Below, piece by piece: positions 24,378-37,403 of a stretch of DNA of 64,000 nucleotides. Origin of the DNA: Squalus acanthias (taxonomy: Eukaryota); NCBI GenBank assembly GCA_030390025.1, contig CM059432.1, forward strand, positions 135,410,001-135,474,000, in the 5' to 3' direction. The translations under genes and the position numbers were made by a program. Numbering within the stretch: the stretch's first letter is position 1; every line of letters begins with the position of its first letter. Below the pieces are notes generated by a model. That model did not search any database and had not been told where the DNA came from. It saw only the letters and a program-made list of their open reading frames with translations.

Positions 24378-24792
24378 AGGTCTCTTTTCTCTTGAAAAAA
24401 GGCTGAGGGGTGACTTAATAGAGGTCTTTAAAATTATGAAAGGTTTTGATAGAGTGGATACAGAGAGAATGTTTCCACTTGTGGGGAAGAGCATAACTAG
24501 AGGCCAGCAATATAAGATAGTCACCAAGAAATCCAATAGGGAATTCAGAAGAAACTTCTTTACCCAAAGAGTGGTGGGAATGTGGAACTCGCTACCACAG
24601 GGAGTGGTTGAAGTGAATACTATAGATGCATTTAAGGGGAAGCTAGACAAGCCTCTGAGGGAGAAGGGTATAGAGGGTTATGCTGATAGATTTAGATGAG
24701 GAAAGACGGGAGGAGGCTCGAGTGGAGCATAAACGCCAGCATGGACTAGTTGGGCCAAATGGCCTGTTTCTGTGCCGTATATCCCATGTAAT
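24378..24792 (+). mobile_element. CR1 3' end (family E), young
   Basis: ORF MKGFDRVDTERMFPLVGKSITRG…RRNFFTQRVV. Near-identical to the reverse complement of 37411-37825. Confidence 0.9.
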
Positions 24793-25712
24793 GGTAGCCA
24801 GTGAGACATGGCTGCAAGACAGTCAGGACCGGAAACTAAATACACCAGGTTAAAAGGGCTACAGGAAAGATAAGGAAAATGGTAGAGGGGGAGGAGTAGC
24901 CTTAGTGATTGTGGGTGAAATCACTTCAAATGATGAGAGGATATAACAAGAGGTAAGCAGGCAGTGCAACCTTTATGGGTAGAATTAAGAAATAGGAAAG
25001 GATTTAAGACTGTAGTGGGAGTTGTGTATAAGCCCCCTAGTAGCAGCTGTGATGTGTTAGAATGTATAAATGCAGAGATTAGACAAGCTGGCTTTTATAT
25101 CCAGAGGACTAGAATACAAGAGGGTAGAAGTTATGCTTCAGCTGTACATAGCCCTGGTTAGACCACACCTGGAGTACTGTGAGCAGTTCTGGACACCACA
25201 ACTTTGGAATTAAATATTGGCCTTGGAGGGAGTGCAGTTTAGATTTACCGGAATGATATCTGGACTCCAAGTGTTAAATTATGAGGAGAGATTACACAAA
25301 TTAGGGTTGTATTGCCTGGAATTTAGAAGGTAATGGGGTGATTTGATCAAAGTATTCATGATATTAAAGGGGAACAGATAGGGTAGCGAGAAACTATTTC
25401 CACTGGTTGGGGCGTCTAGGACTAGGGGCACAGTCTAAAAAAGAGCCAGGCCGTTCAGGAGTGAAGATATGAAACACTACACGCAAAGGGTGGTAGAAGT
25501 TTGGAACTTTCTTCCACAAATGGTAATTAATGCTAGGTCAATTGTTAATTTTAAATCTGAGTGATTAATACTTTTGGTTAACAAAAATCTAAGTACAGTA
25601 TATGGGGCAAAGGCAGGTATATGGAGTTAGATCACAGATCAGCCATGATCTAATTGAATGGCGGAACAGGCTCAAGGGGCTAAATGGCCAACTCCTGTTC
25701 CGATGTTCATGC
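24793..25712 (+). mobile_element. Internally deleted CR1 (family F): endonuclease piece fused to 3' end
   Basis: ETWLQ…GGGVAL…LWVELRN…YKPP is followed at about 25090 by a jump to the RPHLEY region and 3' UTR. Confidence 0.75.
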
Positions 25713-26262
25713 TGTCTAAATAATTTGCAGCAGCTTGACTATGCTGAATTCAAATACTACAGTATGCATAGATCTTTTAATAATGCAGTATATTTACAAT
25801 GCACAAACCGTTATTCTATCTGAGGTGTTATAATTTTCCTGTTATAATTACAAACAAATAAAAATGTATCAAACTTAGTGTAACATCTTTTTACTTCTTA
25901 GTTGCGACTTTTATAGCTCTAAAAGTGACTAGAAAAATTCATAACTGCACTCAATTCATTTTGCTTAATTAGAATTAGTCTTATTTAAAATCACTATAAA
26001 AAATCAATTCAGTTAACAAATTTAGAGTTTTCAAAATACACTTGTGTTACATTTAAAAATAAATGATTTTCTATAAACCAATACTGAACAGCAACGGAAC
26101 AAGCCTAATGTAAAGAAATACATAACCTGATTCATAACTAGCTCCAAATTATTTTGCAATTTGTTTTGGTTCAAAAGCAATGCCATAAACTTCAAAGGGT
26201 TATATCTTGTCTCAATAACAACTCATATGGTATGAGTAACCAAATAACATACTCATACTCAC

Positions 26263-26338
26263 CAGAAGCTACTACAGTGCTGGCCCAAAGTGTGTTTTCT
26301 GTACCCAGACTTTCATGGATGGAAGGGTCACTATCTTC
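26263..26338 (-). CDS. ATP9B: ATP9B internal coding exon (76 nt, phase 0-1)
   Basis: ttgcag|GAA GAT AGT GAC...GCT TCT G|gtgagt. Translation [25 protein letters not shown](G) is in frame with both neighbouring exons. Confidence 0.95.
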
Positions 26339-26589
26339 CTGCAATTAAATAAATGCAAAATAATTTGCATTCGTGCAAAATAAATGCTCAGCGTTAATAT
26401 AAAACAATTCTTTGCCAGTAATGCTTACAACTGCAAAATAGGGTTAAAACTGACAGGTAACATTCGAGGATTATTGATCTTTAAATCAGATTACAACACT
26501 GGGTGTAATATTTTTGCTGTACTGCAAACAGAGGGTCAGAGAATCTTTTGCAAGAGGAATTCTGTTGCATAAAATCAATGGGATTCCTT

Positions 26590-26935
26590 TTGTTTCCTCA
26601 CCAATGTTCTTCCCTTGCCCCTAAAGGCATCAGCTACTTGCTGGTGTGTGGTTCTGTAGAGGGCTTTCAGTACTTCACCAAGTGACCATTATTCAACAAC
26701 GTGTATCTACCATGTGGAAATCACTTGATCTCGATCCTATGCTCGCTCAGTATCCAGACACACTAAATCATGTGTAGGAGTGGGAAACCAGGTCCAATTT
26801 CCCCCGCTCTAACCCAGGGCAGAGACCAATTGTAGTTTCTGCACCTCTGCTCCTGGCTGAGATCAATTATCTTAGTGCAGCTGAAAGATTGAATCGGAGA
26901 CATTCTTGGTCTGTACGGCTCAAATACACACTGAA
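26590..26935 (-). mobile_element. Old unclassified SINE-like repeat
   Basis: Similar to the pieces at 43310-43385 plus 45284-45590, 56000-56170, 58030-58140 and 59060-59270 (cagaccaggaa…ctgatctcagcc…acaattgg). Confidence 0.5.
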
Positions 26936-28274
26936 TAAAACAAACAAACAGTCAGTGGAGCTAAACTTAATGTTATTTCGAAGGAAGCTCTTTCCTAATG
27001 CTTTTTGCATAGCCATATTAAAGCAACATTAAGATCATAATCACGCTAATTTAATATCGTACAAGAAACATAATAGTTAACTCCTGGAATAGACAACAAA
27101 AAATTAGTTAAAAAGTGATGCAACAGCAAAGAGCTTTAATTAGCTCAAAATCCACTATTCAGAACAGAACCTGTGCACTAATACACATTAGTTACCAATC
27201 AATAGGTTTTCAATCACAAAAGTAAGGCAGGACAACATCAAAGTTCTTGTATCTACGATTTCCGTTTTGACCATAATAGCAATCTTGTTATCAGGTCAAT
27301 GTTACCCACATTAGCAGACATCATATTCTAAAGTACAACAGATGTCCAGTTAGTAGACTAATACAATTGGGTGGAACTTTGTGCACAAACCACCAGCCTG
27401 GCAAGAAGCAGTGAACATTTGGATGTCACCCACGAGTACAATTTTCCACCTCAATGTCCAGATGTTCAGACTCTTCAGGAGAAACTGAAGCATGTTCTTG
27501 TATAGGGACTCACCAAATTTCACCTGCACTTTGAAAATTGGCACGTTAGCAGGTGACTGTGTAAACAGAAACCATTCAGATATCTGTACCACACAAGAGT
27601 TTGTCTGGCCTGATATTTTACCACATGCCTACAAGCTTTCCCAAATGATCTTTGCTGCAATTCACATAATAGATGTCAATCATAACCCTGCAAAGATATG
27701 ATTAGATAGGATCAAAAGATGGATTCTGACAACTTGTTCATTTCAGAATGTGCCTGTATTTGGACACCACGTGTTCACTCCATCAACTGAGGCAATGCTA
27801 TTGTAACATTATGTATTGGGTCAAGTTTTTAGTAGGGGAAGGGATTACACCAAACCCCTCCTTGCGGAAGTCCTTCAAGGGGAGCCCTTCGCTAAAACCT
27901 TGCCTTTCTATTTAAGAGAAATGTTTTGGTGTTTATGGGTTGATTCCACAGCAATTTGGGATTTAATGGCCGTTTCAGCCTAAACTAACACCTATTCTGT
28001 AGTCAAGACAACGGTCTCAGGAAGCTGCATTCAACTAGAACCAATGTCAGTAGATGGCAGACCAGAAGCCAAATTTAAATGTTGAGCCAATGTGTGATTG
28101 GTGCAGGAGGAGGTTAAGTGGAGTCTGGCCACCCTCCAGGGCTTTTCCTCATCAGTGTTGGAGTTACTGAACACAGTGCAACTGACATCTCTAAGGGTGT
28201 GATCTTGCTTATTTTTTTTCATCTAATTTTGGAGTAGAGGAGTGGTTCTGAACTGAGTTGGACCCAAAGATTTC

Positions 28275-29400
28275 TTTTTTTTAATTCATTCTCTGGATGT
28301 AGGCTTGGCTGGCAAGACCAGCATTTATTACCCATCCCTAGTTGCCCTCGAGAAGGTTATGGTAGGCCTTCTTGAACTGCTGCAGTCCATGTCAAAGATA
28401 CCTCCACAATGCCATTAGGTCAGGAACTCCAGGATTTTGACCGAGCGACAGTGAAGGAACGGCAATATATGCCCAAGTTAGGATGGTGTGTGACTTGGAG
28501 GTGGTGGTGTTCCCATGCACCTGCTGCCCTTATCCTTCTAGGGAGTGGCAGTCACAGGTTTAGGAGTTGCTGCTGAAGAAGCCTTGATGAGTTGTTGCAG
28601 TGATAGATAGTACACACTACAGCCATGTTGCACCGGTGGTGGAGGGACTAAATGTTTAAGCCAGTGGATGGGTGCCAATCAAGCGGACTGCTTTGTTCTG
28701 GATATCGTTGAGCTTCTTGAGTGTTGAAGCTGCACCCATCCAGCCAAGTGAAGACTATTCCATCACACTCCTGACTTGTACCTTGCAGGTGGTAAAGGGG
28801 CTTTGGGAACTCAGGAGGTGAACCACTCACCGCAGGACACCCAGCCTCTGACCCGTTCTAGCAGCCACGACATTTTTGTGGCTGTTCAGTTTAAGTTTCT
28901 GGTCAATGGTGACTACCAGGATGTTGATGGTGGGAGTCTCGGCAATGGTAATGCCACTGAATGTCATGGGGAGGTGGTTACGCTCACTCTTGTTGGAGAT
29001 GGCCAATGCCTGAAAATTGCGTGGTGCGAATGTTACATGCCAATTATCAGCCCAAGCCTAGATGTTGTCCAGGTCTTGCTGCATGCGGGCACAGACTGCT
29101 TCATTAACTGAGGAATTGCGAATGGAACTGGACACTGTGCAATCATCAGCAAACAGCCCCACTTCTGACCTGTAGATAGTTGGGCCTAGGACACTGGCCT
29201 GAGGAACTCCTGCAGCGATGTCCAGAGGCTGAGATGATTGGCCTCCAAAACCCACAATCATCTTCCTTTGTGCCATGTGTGACTGCAGCCAGTGGACAGT
29301 TTTTCCCCTGATGCCCGTTGACTTCAGTTTTACTAGGGCTCCTTGGTGCCATACTCTGTCAAATGCTGCCTTGATGTCATGGGCAGTCACTCACACCTCA
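28275..29400 (-). mobile_element. Family-B LINE 3' half
   Basis: DIKAAFDRVWHQG, GVPQASVLGP and LFADD. Same 3' tail as the copy ending at 21300. Confidence 0.85.
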
Positions 29401-29633
29401 TCTATGCTAAAAATGATTGAATTAACAGTCTTGTAGCCAAGATTACTTTCTAGTAGATATGTCGGTTACATTGAGCAAGCTTCATACTTGAAATGTCATG
29501 TGACAAGATTAACTTGCAGCACTTAACAGTAAATTTTAAAGCTAAATGGTGGCATGCTCTGGGTTAGCCTTGGTTTGGTTTCACCAAGGTAGAGTGCAAC
29601 AGGATACTGCTGAAAAAAGCACAATGAAAAGCA

Positions 29634-29730
29634 TAACATAAGAAATAGGAGCAGGAGTAGGCCATTTGGCCCTTCGAGCCAGCTCCGCCATTCAATAAGA
29701 TCATGGCTGATCTTCTACCTCTTCTCCACT
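29634..29730 (-). mobile_element. CR1 3' tail fragment
   Basis: aacataagaaataggagcaggagtaggcc…aagatcatggctgatc. Confidence 0.75.
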
Positions 29731-30049
29731 TTGTGCAAGATCTCTAGAGTAAACTGCAAAAACAAACTCAAATTTACTAAACTTTGAATAAAACATCCTG
29801 CCTGGAAACTCAAAAACCACAAGAACATTTTTAATCCATTTGATGGGAAGCAGAAATCAATGAATAGAGGTTGAAATTAGATCAGAGAAATAATCTATTG
29901 CCAATAAGAGTGATGGTTCAGGGGGAGGGTCATAAGGCCTTACAAATAAGCAAATAAACAGGGTGGGGGAAGATTGGCCAATGCACAGTCTTTGCACAAT
30001 CAGATGAATTTCTTAAGGGTATCATCCCAAATTATTTTCAGCCTTGAGA

Positions 30050-31140
30050 TAATATCCAAGATTGAAATTTGACTGCAACAAACTCCATTCCCAAGCCACC
30101 GATTCCATTCCCCTACCTGGCCAGTGTTTCAGGCTGAACGAGACTATTCGCAACCTCGCCATCCTATTTGACTTGGTTGAGATTCTGACCCCATATTCTC
30201 TCCATCACAGGAACATCAGGACATAGGAACAGGAGTCGGCCATTCAGTCCCTCGAGCCTGTTCCACCATTCACTAAGATCATGGCTGATCTGCGACCAAA
30301 CTCCATATACCTGCCTTTGCCCCATATCCCTTAATACCTTTAGTTAACAAAAATCTATCAAGCTCAGATTTAAAATTAACAATTGATCTCGCATCAATTG
30401 CCGTTTGTGGAAGAGTGTTCCAAACTTCTACCACCCTTTGTATAGAAGTGTTTCCTAATTTCACTCCTTAAAGGTCTGGCTCCAATTTTTTAGACTATGC
30501 CCCCTAGTTCTAGACTCCCCAACCAGCAAAAATAGTTTCTCTATCTGCCCCATCTGTTCCCTTTAATATCTTAAACTTCGATCAAATCACCCCTTAACCT
30601 TCTAAATTCTAGGGAATACAACCCTAATTTGTGTAATCTCTCCTCATAATTTAACCCTTGGAATCCAGGTATCATTCTGGTAAACCTATGCTGCACTCCC
30701 TCCAAGGTCTGGTGCCCAGAACTGCTCTCAGTAGTCAGTTGTGGTCTAACTAGGGCTTTGTACAGCTGCAGCATTAACTTCTACCCCTTGTATTCCAGTG
30801 CTCTAGATATAAAGGCTAGCATTCCATTAGTCTTTCACAAATACCACCAATTCCACCTCCGTAATATCACCTGTCTCTGCCCCGCCTCAGTCCACCTGCC
30901 GCTGAAACCCTCATCCATGCTTGTGTTACCTCCAGACGTGACTATTCCAATGCTCTCCTAACCGGCCTCCCATCTTCCACCTTCATTAACTGAAGCTCAT
31001 CCAAAACTCTGCTGCCCACATCCTAACTCGCACCGAGTCCCATTCATCCATAACCCCTGTGGCTCACTGGCCTACATTGGCTCCCGTTCCGGCAATGCCT
31101 CCTTTAAGACGCTACTTAAAACCTACATCTTTAACCAAGC
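30050..31140 (+). mobile_element. L2-type LINE fragment split by a CR1 insertion
   Basis: Collinear with 17570-17860 (cacctccgtaa…gaaaccctcatccatgc…gactattccaatgctctc). Confidence 0.7.
30210..30834 (-). mobile_element. CR1 3' portion (family F) with TSD
   Basis: LQLYKALVRPQL…LRGDLIEV. TCACA is duplicated at 30205-30209 and 30835-30839. Inverted relative to 25090-25712. Confidence 0.85.
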
Positions 31141-32589
31141 CAATTCTCCTTCCCCACTTTTGACATGAACATTCTCAGCTTCTGCCATAAACTCGAAGGG
31201 GCTGATAGCATGGTCTTTGGCTCCTGCAGAAGGCCTGTGTGTTGGGTGTGGGAACCTCACACATTCTGGAGCCGAGATCTACTCAGTCCCAGTGCACACG
31301 GAGCCTATGGTGTTATCACCTTCTGCCATCAACACAGAGCCTGCACAACAGTCTGCGCAAAGTTCATTAAGGGCCACTGCTATGCATATCAGGGCAATCC
31401 ACATAATGTACCTGGAGCATCAAACAACGCCCCAAACACAGTGCCCATTTGAAACCAGTGCTTCAAGGGAGGTCAATGCATAAATTAGAAGGCACGCATT
31501 GCTTGGTGGCACTGCCCTCCATGTTGGGGCACCTGCTAGCACAGGACCACCTGAAGCATGGCCTGCAATGTATGAATCAAAAAGGAATTTAAAAAACCTA
31601 CCAGAGAAATTAACAGCCAGTAACCCTTTCAACAATGGCTGATATCCAATAATCCATCACTGCGACCCGTGAGCTTTTCCAGCACGTCATGCACTAGGAG
31701 TGCTGTCTAAATATTTAAATTGGCTGACCTCATTATGGAGTGAGATCAGTTTGTAACCACAGAGCACCTGATACGTCAGGATTGCACTAAGTGCATTTCT
31801 ATCCAGATTTGTTGAAATAACGTTGCAATATCGATCAGAAAGTCAAGCACTCTAGATTAACACTGACTGATATTTCAGAACTGCTTTATTTCTTAAAAGT
31901 GGGTAATGCACCTAACATACCTTGTTGATTGTTTAAAGCCAGATAAAACCACAAGCAACATTTAGAACACTTCTCTCAATTCTCTGAAAAAGTGTACCAG
32001 GTTATTTATATATATATTTTTTTTTTTATACCGTGCACAGGACATTTGTTTTAATACATTATCCTTTTTAAATTACTCACAGGTGCACAAGTAGGGCTGT
32101 GACTAATTACAATTATAAATGTGTACAGAAACCTCCCACGCTTGTAGTGATTTAAGATATATGATCTAAAACACTTCCAGTCAATTACCAAATCATATAA
32201 AAATCAAAACTATGCAGTGGTAATGAAGTGAATATATTTTTTAAGTTCACATCCGCACTCTTGTCTTAGCGGTCAAGTTTTACCAGTTCCCTGCAGGCTG
32301 CCGGATTAACTGTCACAAGGTATTCCATCTCAAGAAGTAGTTCAATTGGGCAAGATTTCCATCTCACTTTCTAAATTAAAAATGTATCTCACTTGAGTGG
32401 TGCTTCCTCGTGGCATATTGTAAATCAATACTAATATGGTCAACAATCAAGAGGATTTCTGGCCAGACTGTCTGGTGGATGCAGAGGGTCATTAAAAAAA
32501 TTGAGACACCTAGGTGAAAGACCATGGGTAAAGGCTCATAGTGCAGGATATTACAAAGATTGAAGAGAGTAGTTTAGAAGACAGGATAA

Positions 32590-32960
32590 ATTTAAAAAAA
32601 AGTTAGGTGACACAAATCTCACGTTTTAAAAGCCTGCAGATTGTAGGAAGGGAAGACGGAGGGGAGAGAAGGTACTGCAGAGTTTTGAGATCCTGCAAAA
32701 GTGAGTTAGAGTAGGATGATGTAATGAGTCTTAATTTCAACACAGTAGGGAGGAGGAAGATTACATAAAGAGGACATTATATTTGGAGCTGAAGAACAAG
32801 TTAGGAAAGTTCAATGACTATAGCATGATTGAGAGAGAAAAACTGCAACACATGGAAGCTATAAACAAGAGAAGGATCACCTACCTGCCTCTGAAGAAAT
32901 GAAAGCAAGATTTTCATTGCTTCACTGAAGGCAAAGATTCTAGTTATCATACTATTCTTA
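32590..32960 (-). mobile_element. Possible very old LINE 3' end
   Basis: The reverse strand resembles a decayed LINE C-terminus (YSNS…SKL…VFPSYNLQAFKREI). Confidence 0.35.
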
Positions 32961-34359
32961 AAACCTGGCACCTCAGCACTCAGCTAATCACAGGAACTGC
33001 AGGTCAGGTTGCTGCCACTTTTGTGTCTTAAAAAACACTAAACAAACGCACTAGCAGCCAACAACCCTTCCTCTGCTTGCCAGAGTCTTCAGTGATAAGC
33101 TCTGATGAATTTGGGTTAGATATTCTAAAACAGGGTTGAGGGACACTAACAATTTGTATTAACTGACAACACTGCTCAGACTTTCTCCCATGACTGGAAT
33201 CATTCCACTAAACTGGATCTTTAATGATTTAAAGGGCGACATTCAAATTTTGAGAGTCCACGCTGAGCACTGAAGAGAAGATATAGCGCTAGGTACTGAA
33301 CCTTTCAATTTGGCCTTGAGGATCAGGATTAATATCAAGGATGCCAAAGCTCACTCAGCTTACTATAGATAGACAATATGCATCATCGAAGCAGATCTTC
33401 TATGGCCAAGCATACAACATGGTGAATTGCCCCAAGGCTGTATTTCTTTCATTAATAAAATGGAGAATTACTGCTCTCAGAACACAATTTTAATTTTATA
33501 TTTAAACAAAGACTTTGAGTGGAGTGGAGGTGAGAAGAGAATTCACGTTAAAAGTATTCCTCCCTCTAAATTTTTTTGGGTGCGCGGCCCAGTTTCGTGC
33601 ATATGCAAAATTTAACATTGAAAAGCCTGTCCCGGGCTGCACAGCTTATTGGGAACGCTGCCCCATACCCCTCCAGACTGTACTACTTTAATAAAAGCAG
33701 TGACAGCAACAGCAGCTGTTTATTTAGGATCACAACTTTGGCAATAGGAGTAATGTTTGTGCATCTATGTTGAGAGAGTAGAATGTTAGCCAAATGGTTT
33801 TATTGGATGCAATTTTAGACAGTGATGTGGGCACAGTTGAAGTTGGATGTTAAAGTAATTGCGTATAGACTATAACATACAGAATTACAGATGGCACTGG
33901 CACAAATGGAACGTGGGTAATAAAAGGGGGTAAAGGCTATCCACATGATCAAGTCTCACTGTGGATTTGTACTACTATAGCTCATCACAGCAGCAATTCA
34001 AAAAAATGACGATTAAAGAGCATTCTTTCCTGGCTCTAATGAAAATATATAACATTAAACACTGCATGATATTTAACACTCACCAAGTTTTCAGGAAAAT
34101 CCAGAATAAAGATCTCTCCTTTGTGACCATATGTAGTGCACCCCTCCCCTTTTCATCAATGTAGTATTTTTCTCCCCAACATGTAAAGTGCAAGTCATCT
34201 GGTGGTTGCTGATGGTGTGATGAAGTCAAGCGAGCTATTAAACTGAAGGAATTTTGTAATTTTTTTAAATTAAGAAAGCAATTTTTTTTGCCTCAGTGAG
34301 TGATGCTGCGGAATTCTGTTTAAAATGTGCTACAAAAATGCTGTAATTGCATTGCACTT

Positions 34360-34540
34360 GACTATCTCATTGCTGTTTGTGAGACCTTGCTGTGCGCATG
34401 TGTCAGCACTGGCTCAGTGGTAGCACTCATCTCAGAGTCAGAAGGTTGTAATTTCAAGTCCTACTCCTCGACTTGAGCATAATCGAGGCTGACACTGTGC
34501 AGTACTGAGAGTGCGCCGCACTGCTAGAGGGGCTGTTTGA
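34360..34540 (+). mobile_element. Deu-SINE fragments (tail piece followed by tRNA-like head)
   Basis: Matches parts of 48946-49408 (tggctcagtggtagcac…tcaagtcc…ctgacact…agtactgag). Confidence 0.7.
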
Positions 34541-36832
34541 TTATATCTTTAGTATATTTCAACGCGGATTTAACTTGGTGTAAGTAAACAAATTCCTAAA
34601 TTAAAGCGGATAACATTGAGGAGGAAAACATTCTGGAATTAGAGATTTCAATACTGAAGACTTTCAAACAAAAAGCAAATATTTTTGTACACCCCACAAG
34701 ATAAAAGTTTGAAGTAAAATGTAAATTGGAGAAAATAATACTACTGCAGTTCTCAAAAAATCATCTGCTTTCTCTTCTAAACAACTTAATTTACTCTGTG
34801 CCTCAATAATTAAAATAGGTATAATTTTTAGTTGGATTATGCCTTTTCTTTTTTTTAAAACAGTGCTAATATCCTTCTATGTTCTGAAACAGAAAATGGT
34901 TTTATGTACATTGAATCTGAATGATTTGGTGGTTCTACTTACATATACAAAATTAGAACAGCTCCTAATACATTATACATTTGTTGTTATAGCTTCTTCA
35001 TTACAAAACCAAAACCTGTTAGAGTTTTGAGGGACAGATGCCTTTGTAACTATTTCTATTAAACATAACTACAGGTCAAAGTGTAAAGTTCCATTATCCA
35101 GATTAAGTGCAAACCTGAATAGCAAAGCAAAAACAAACTTAAATTAATTGGTGATTTAGCACCAACATACAAAACAATCTTTAACTTGTCAAAATGTAAT
35201 TCCAGTTTTCATCAAATCATGTCTTTCACTACAAATTAAATAAGACATCAATAACTAGTTTGGTTAGTGAAGTCTGTAAACTGAGGCACAGATTTACTGA
35301 AAAATTGAGTTAAGTCTGAAGAAAATCTGAGGTGAACTCAGTTCCAAGCTAATCGAGTCTGTATTATAATACGTGGTTATCTACCTTCTGTAGTGCGCAA
35401 CTTAAATCAAATATTAATTCAACTGAATCAAGCCCCATTGAAAAACGCAACTGGATTTGAAAGCATAAAAGAAGTTTCAAGTTGATTTGAAAAAAATCAA
35501 GAAAATTACTAGCTTTTGTATCAATCACAAAATGGCCTAACTGTATTAGAAGTTCTCATTTTAAAACAAAGTTTCAGGATTACTGTAAAACACGCAAAAT
35601 GGATCCTTCAAAAACCAAATGAGAAGTAGTTCTGAAACCAGTTACGTTACACACAAAACAGATAAAACTGAGGTATAAGTGTCCAATTTAGTCAGAATTT
35701 AAGAATGTCTATTTGCAATATGAGAGATTCATTTCAGTTTAATGTTAATTGCAACACTTAGTCCCTAAACCAGTCTGTAAATTAAGTTAATGAAAATAGT
35801 CTTCAAAGTTCAAGCACATCAAATAACTTTCATGTATTGTAATAAGCAACAAGTATTTCCACTCGATGAAGCATCAGCTAACCACAATTGATTGAATGTG
35901 AAAGGTAAAATTCCTTCTAGAATTACTCTCTCATTTAATGGCTAGGTAACTGTGCGCTAACAGATTGCTCATTAAACTAAAGTACAAAGTAATGGGTTTT
36001 TGTACTTTATTTCCATAATAAAGATATGATAGAGCTGGCAATGTCTTACCCTAGGAATTAATCTGCCTGCTATGCTGTAGCTTATCACAGCACAAAGTAT
36101 CACTCAAGTTTTTTTTTGTTTTTCAAAAGATCTAATATATTTATCATCTGATATGGAAGCTGATCATTTACACAGCCTTCAGTATAATGCAAGTAAAACC
36201 TTGGATACAATTAAAAATGGCCTGATAACTTAAAAAGCGAGTCAACCTGTCCCCAAAAAAATACAAATTACACAGAGGATGTAGAAGAATAAATCAGAAC
36301 AGGAAATGCTGTCTTGCTAAGCCGAGTGTGTGGCCAAGAACGGAGCCAATAAACAATGATCGTCTTTGTGACATTGCTTTCTCTGCAGACACGTTTTCAG
36401 TCACTGTTAATCCACTATTAATACCAACTCAAAACTGTTGCTGCTTTTACTAGAAATCGGTCAGTAATTATTTAGCTGATGACAGTTCATTCATGCTCAA
36501 CTCTGTAAAGTGACATTAGTTAACTGTTCAGTTTATTTTTCCCCCCCTCGCTGCAAAAGTATTACAATCACAAAAAAACCTTGCATTGGACACTAGTATC
36601 TGCGAGCTTTCCTAGCAACAGCCGCTTTTTCTTTACTCCAAATTGCTAAAGGCAAAGTCTTCCAAAGAAAGCACAACAATATTAGAAAATTAACAGATGT
36701 AACTCTAGTCGCTAAATTTATTGTAATGGAATGCTAATGACTTAAAAACAAATATTTAGAATTACACATCATTGGTTTTAAGCTTCCGGTTTAAGCAAAT
36801 TATCCGTAAAGCTGTAAGAGCTTCCAACTCAC

Positions 36833-36913
36833 CCGTGTGAAGGTCCCTTCAAAACTATGAATGTCCATTTGTGGCTTCTGAGCATAAACATGAGCGCTGA
36901 TTGTAAAAAGATC
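36833..36913 (-). CDS. ATP9B: ATP9B internal coding exon (81 nt, phase 0-0), actuator-domain region
   Basis: Minus strand reads tttacag|GAT CTT TTT ACA...TTC ACA CGG|gtgagt. Translation [27 protein letters not shown] matches recalled vertebrate ATP9B ([27 protein letters not shown]). Confidence 0.95.
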
Positions 36914-37403
36914 CTGTAAATTAAATTAAACAGGGCAGAGAGTCAAAAATGAAAAAATACTCTATTCAAATTGAGGAAATGTAAAATTAAGATTCTCTAA
37001 ATACTTATTTAGAAATTACAATGTTCTTTCATTCTTAAGTATTAAAAAAATGTCAATTTAATGCCAAAAAATACTACTTCATGGAGAACAGAGTGCCTTT
37101 GTATCAAGATTTCAGTGTTTTAAAATTAGCACTGAATAATACAGGGCATAAAATCACTACAAAGCAGAAATAAAAGAATGCATTAGAAAGTGTGGAAGTA
37201 CCTTTAACAGAAAACATTTATGTAAAAATTACAGCATCAGTGTCAGAGGTTTTTGTCTACCTTCTTAAAAATTCTAAAGTTCTGTCCCACCCTTATGTTT
37301 AAGCGTGTTCATTCAGTACTTAACTTGTTAATCAATTTAACTGCTTTTCATGAGAGAGAGATGGGAACAGCAATGAGATGACTGCTTAAAAATGTGTTGC
37401 TTT

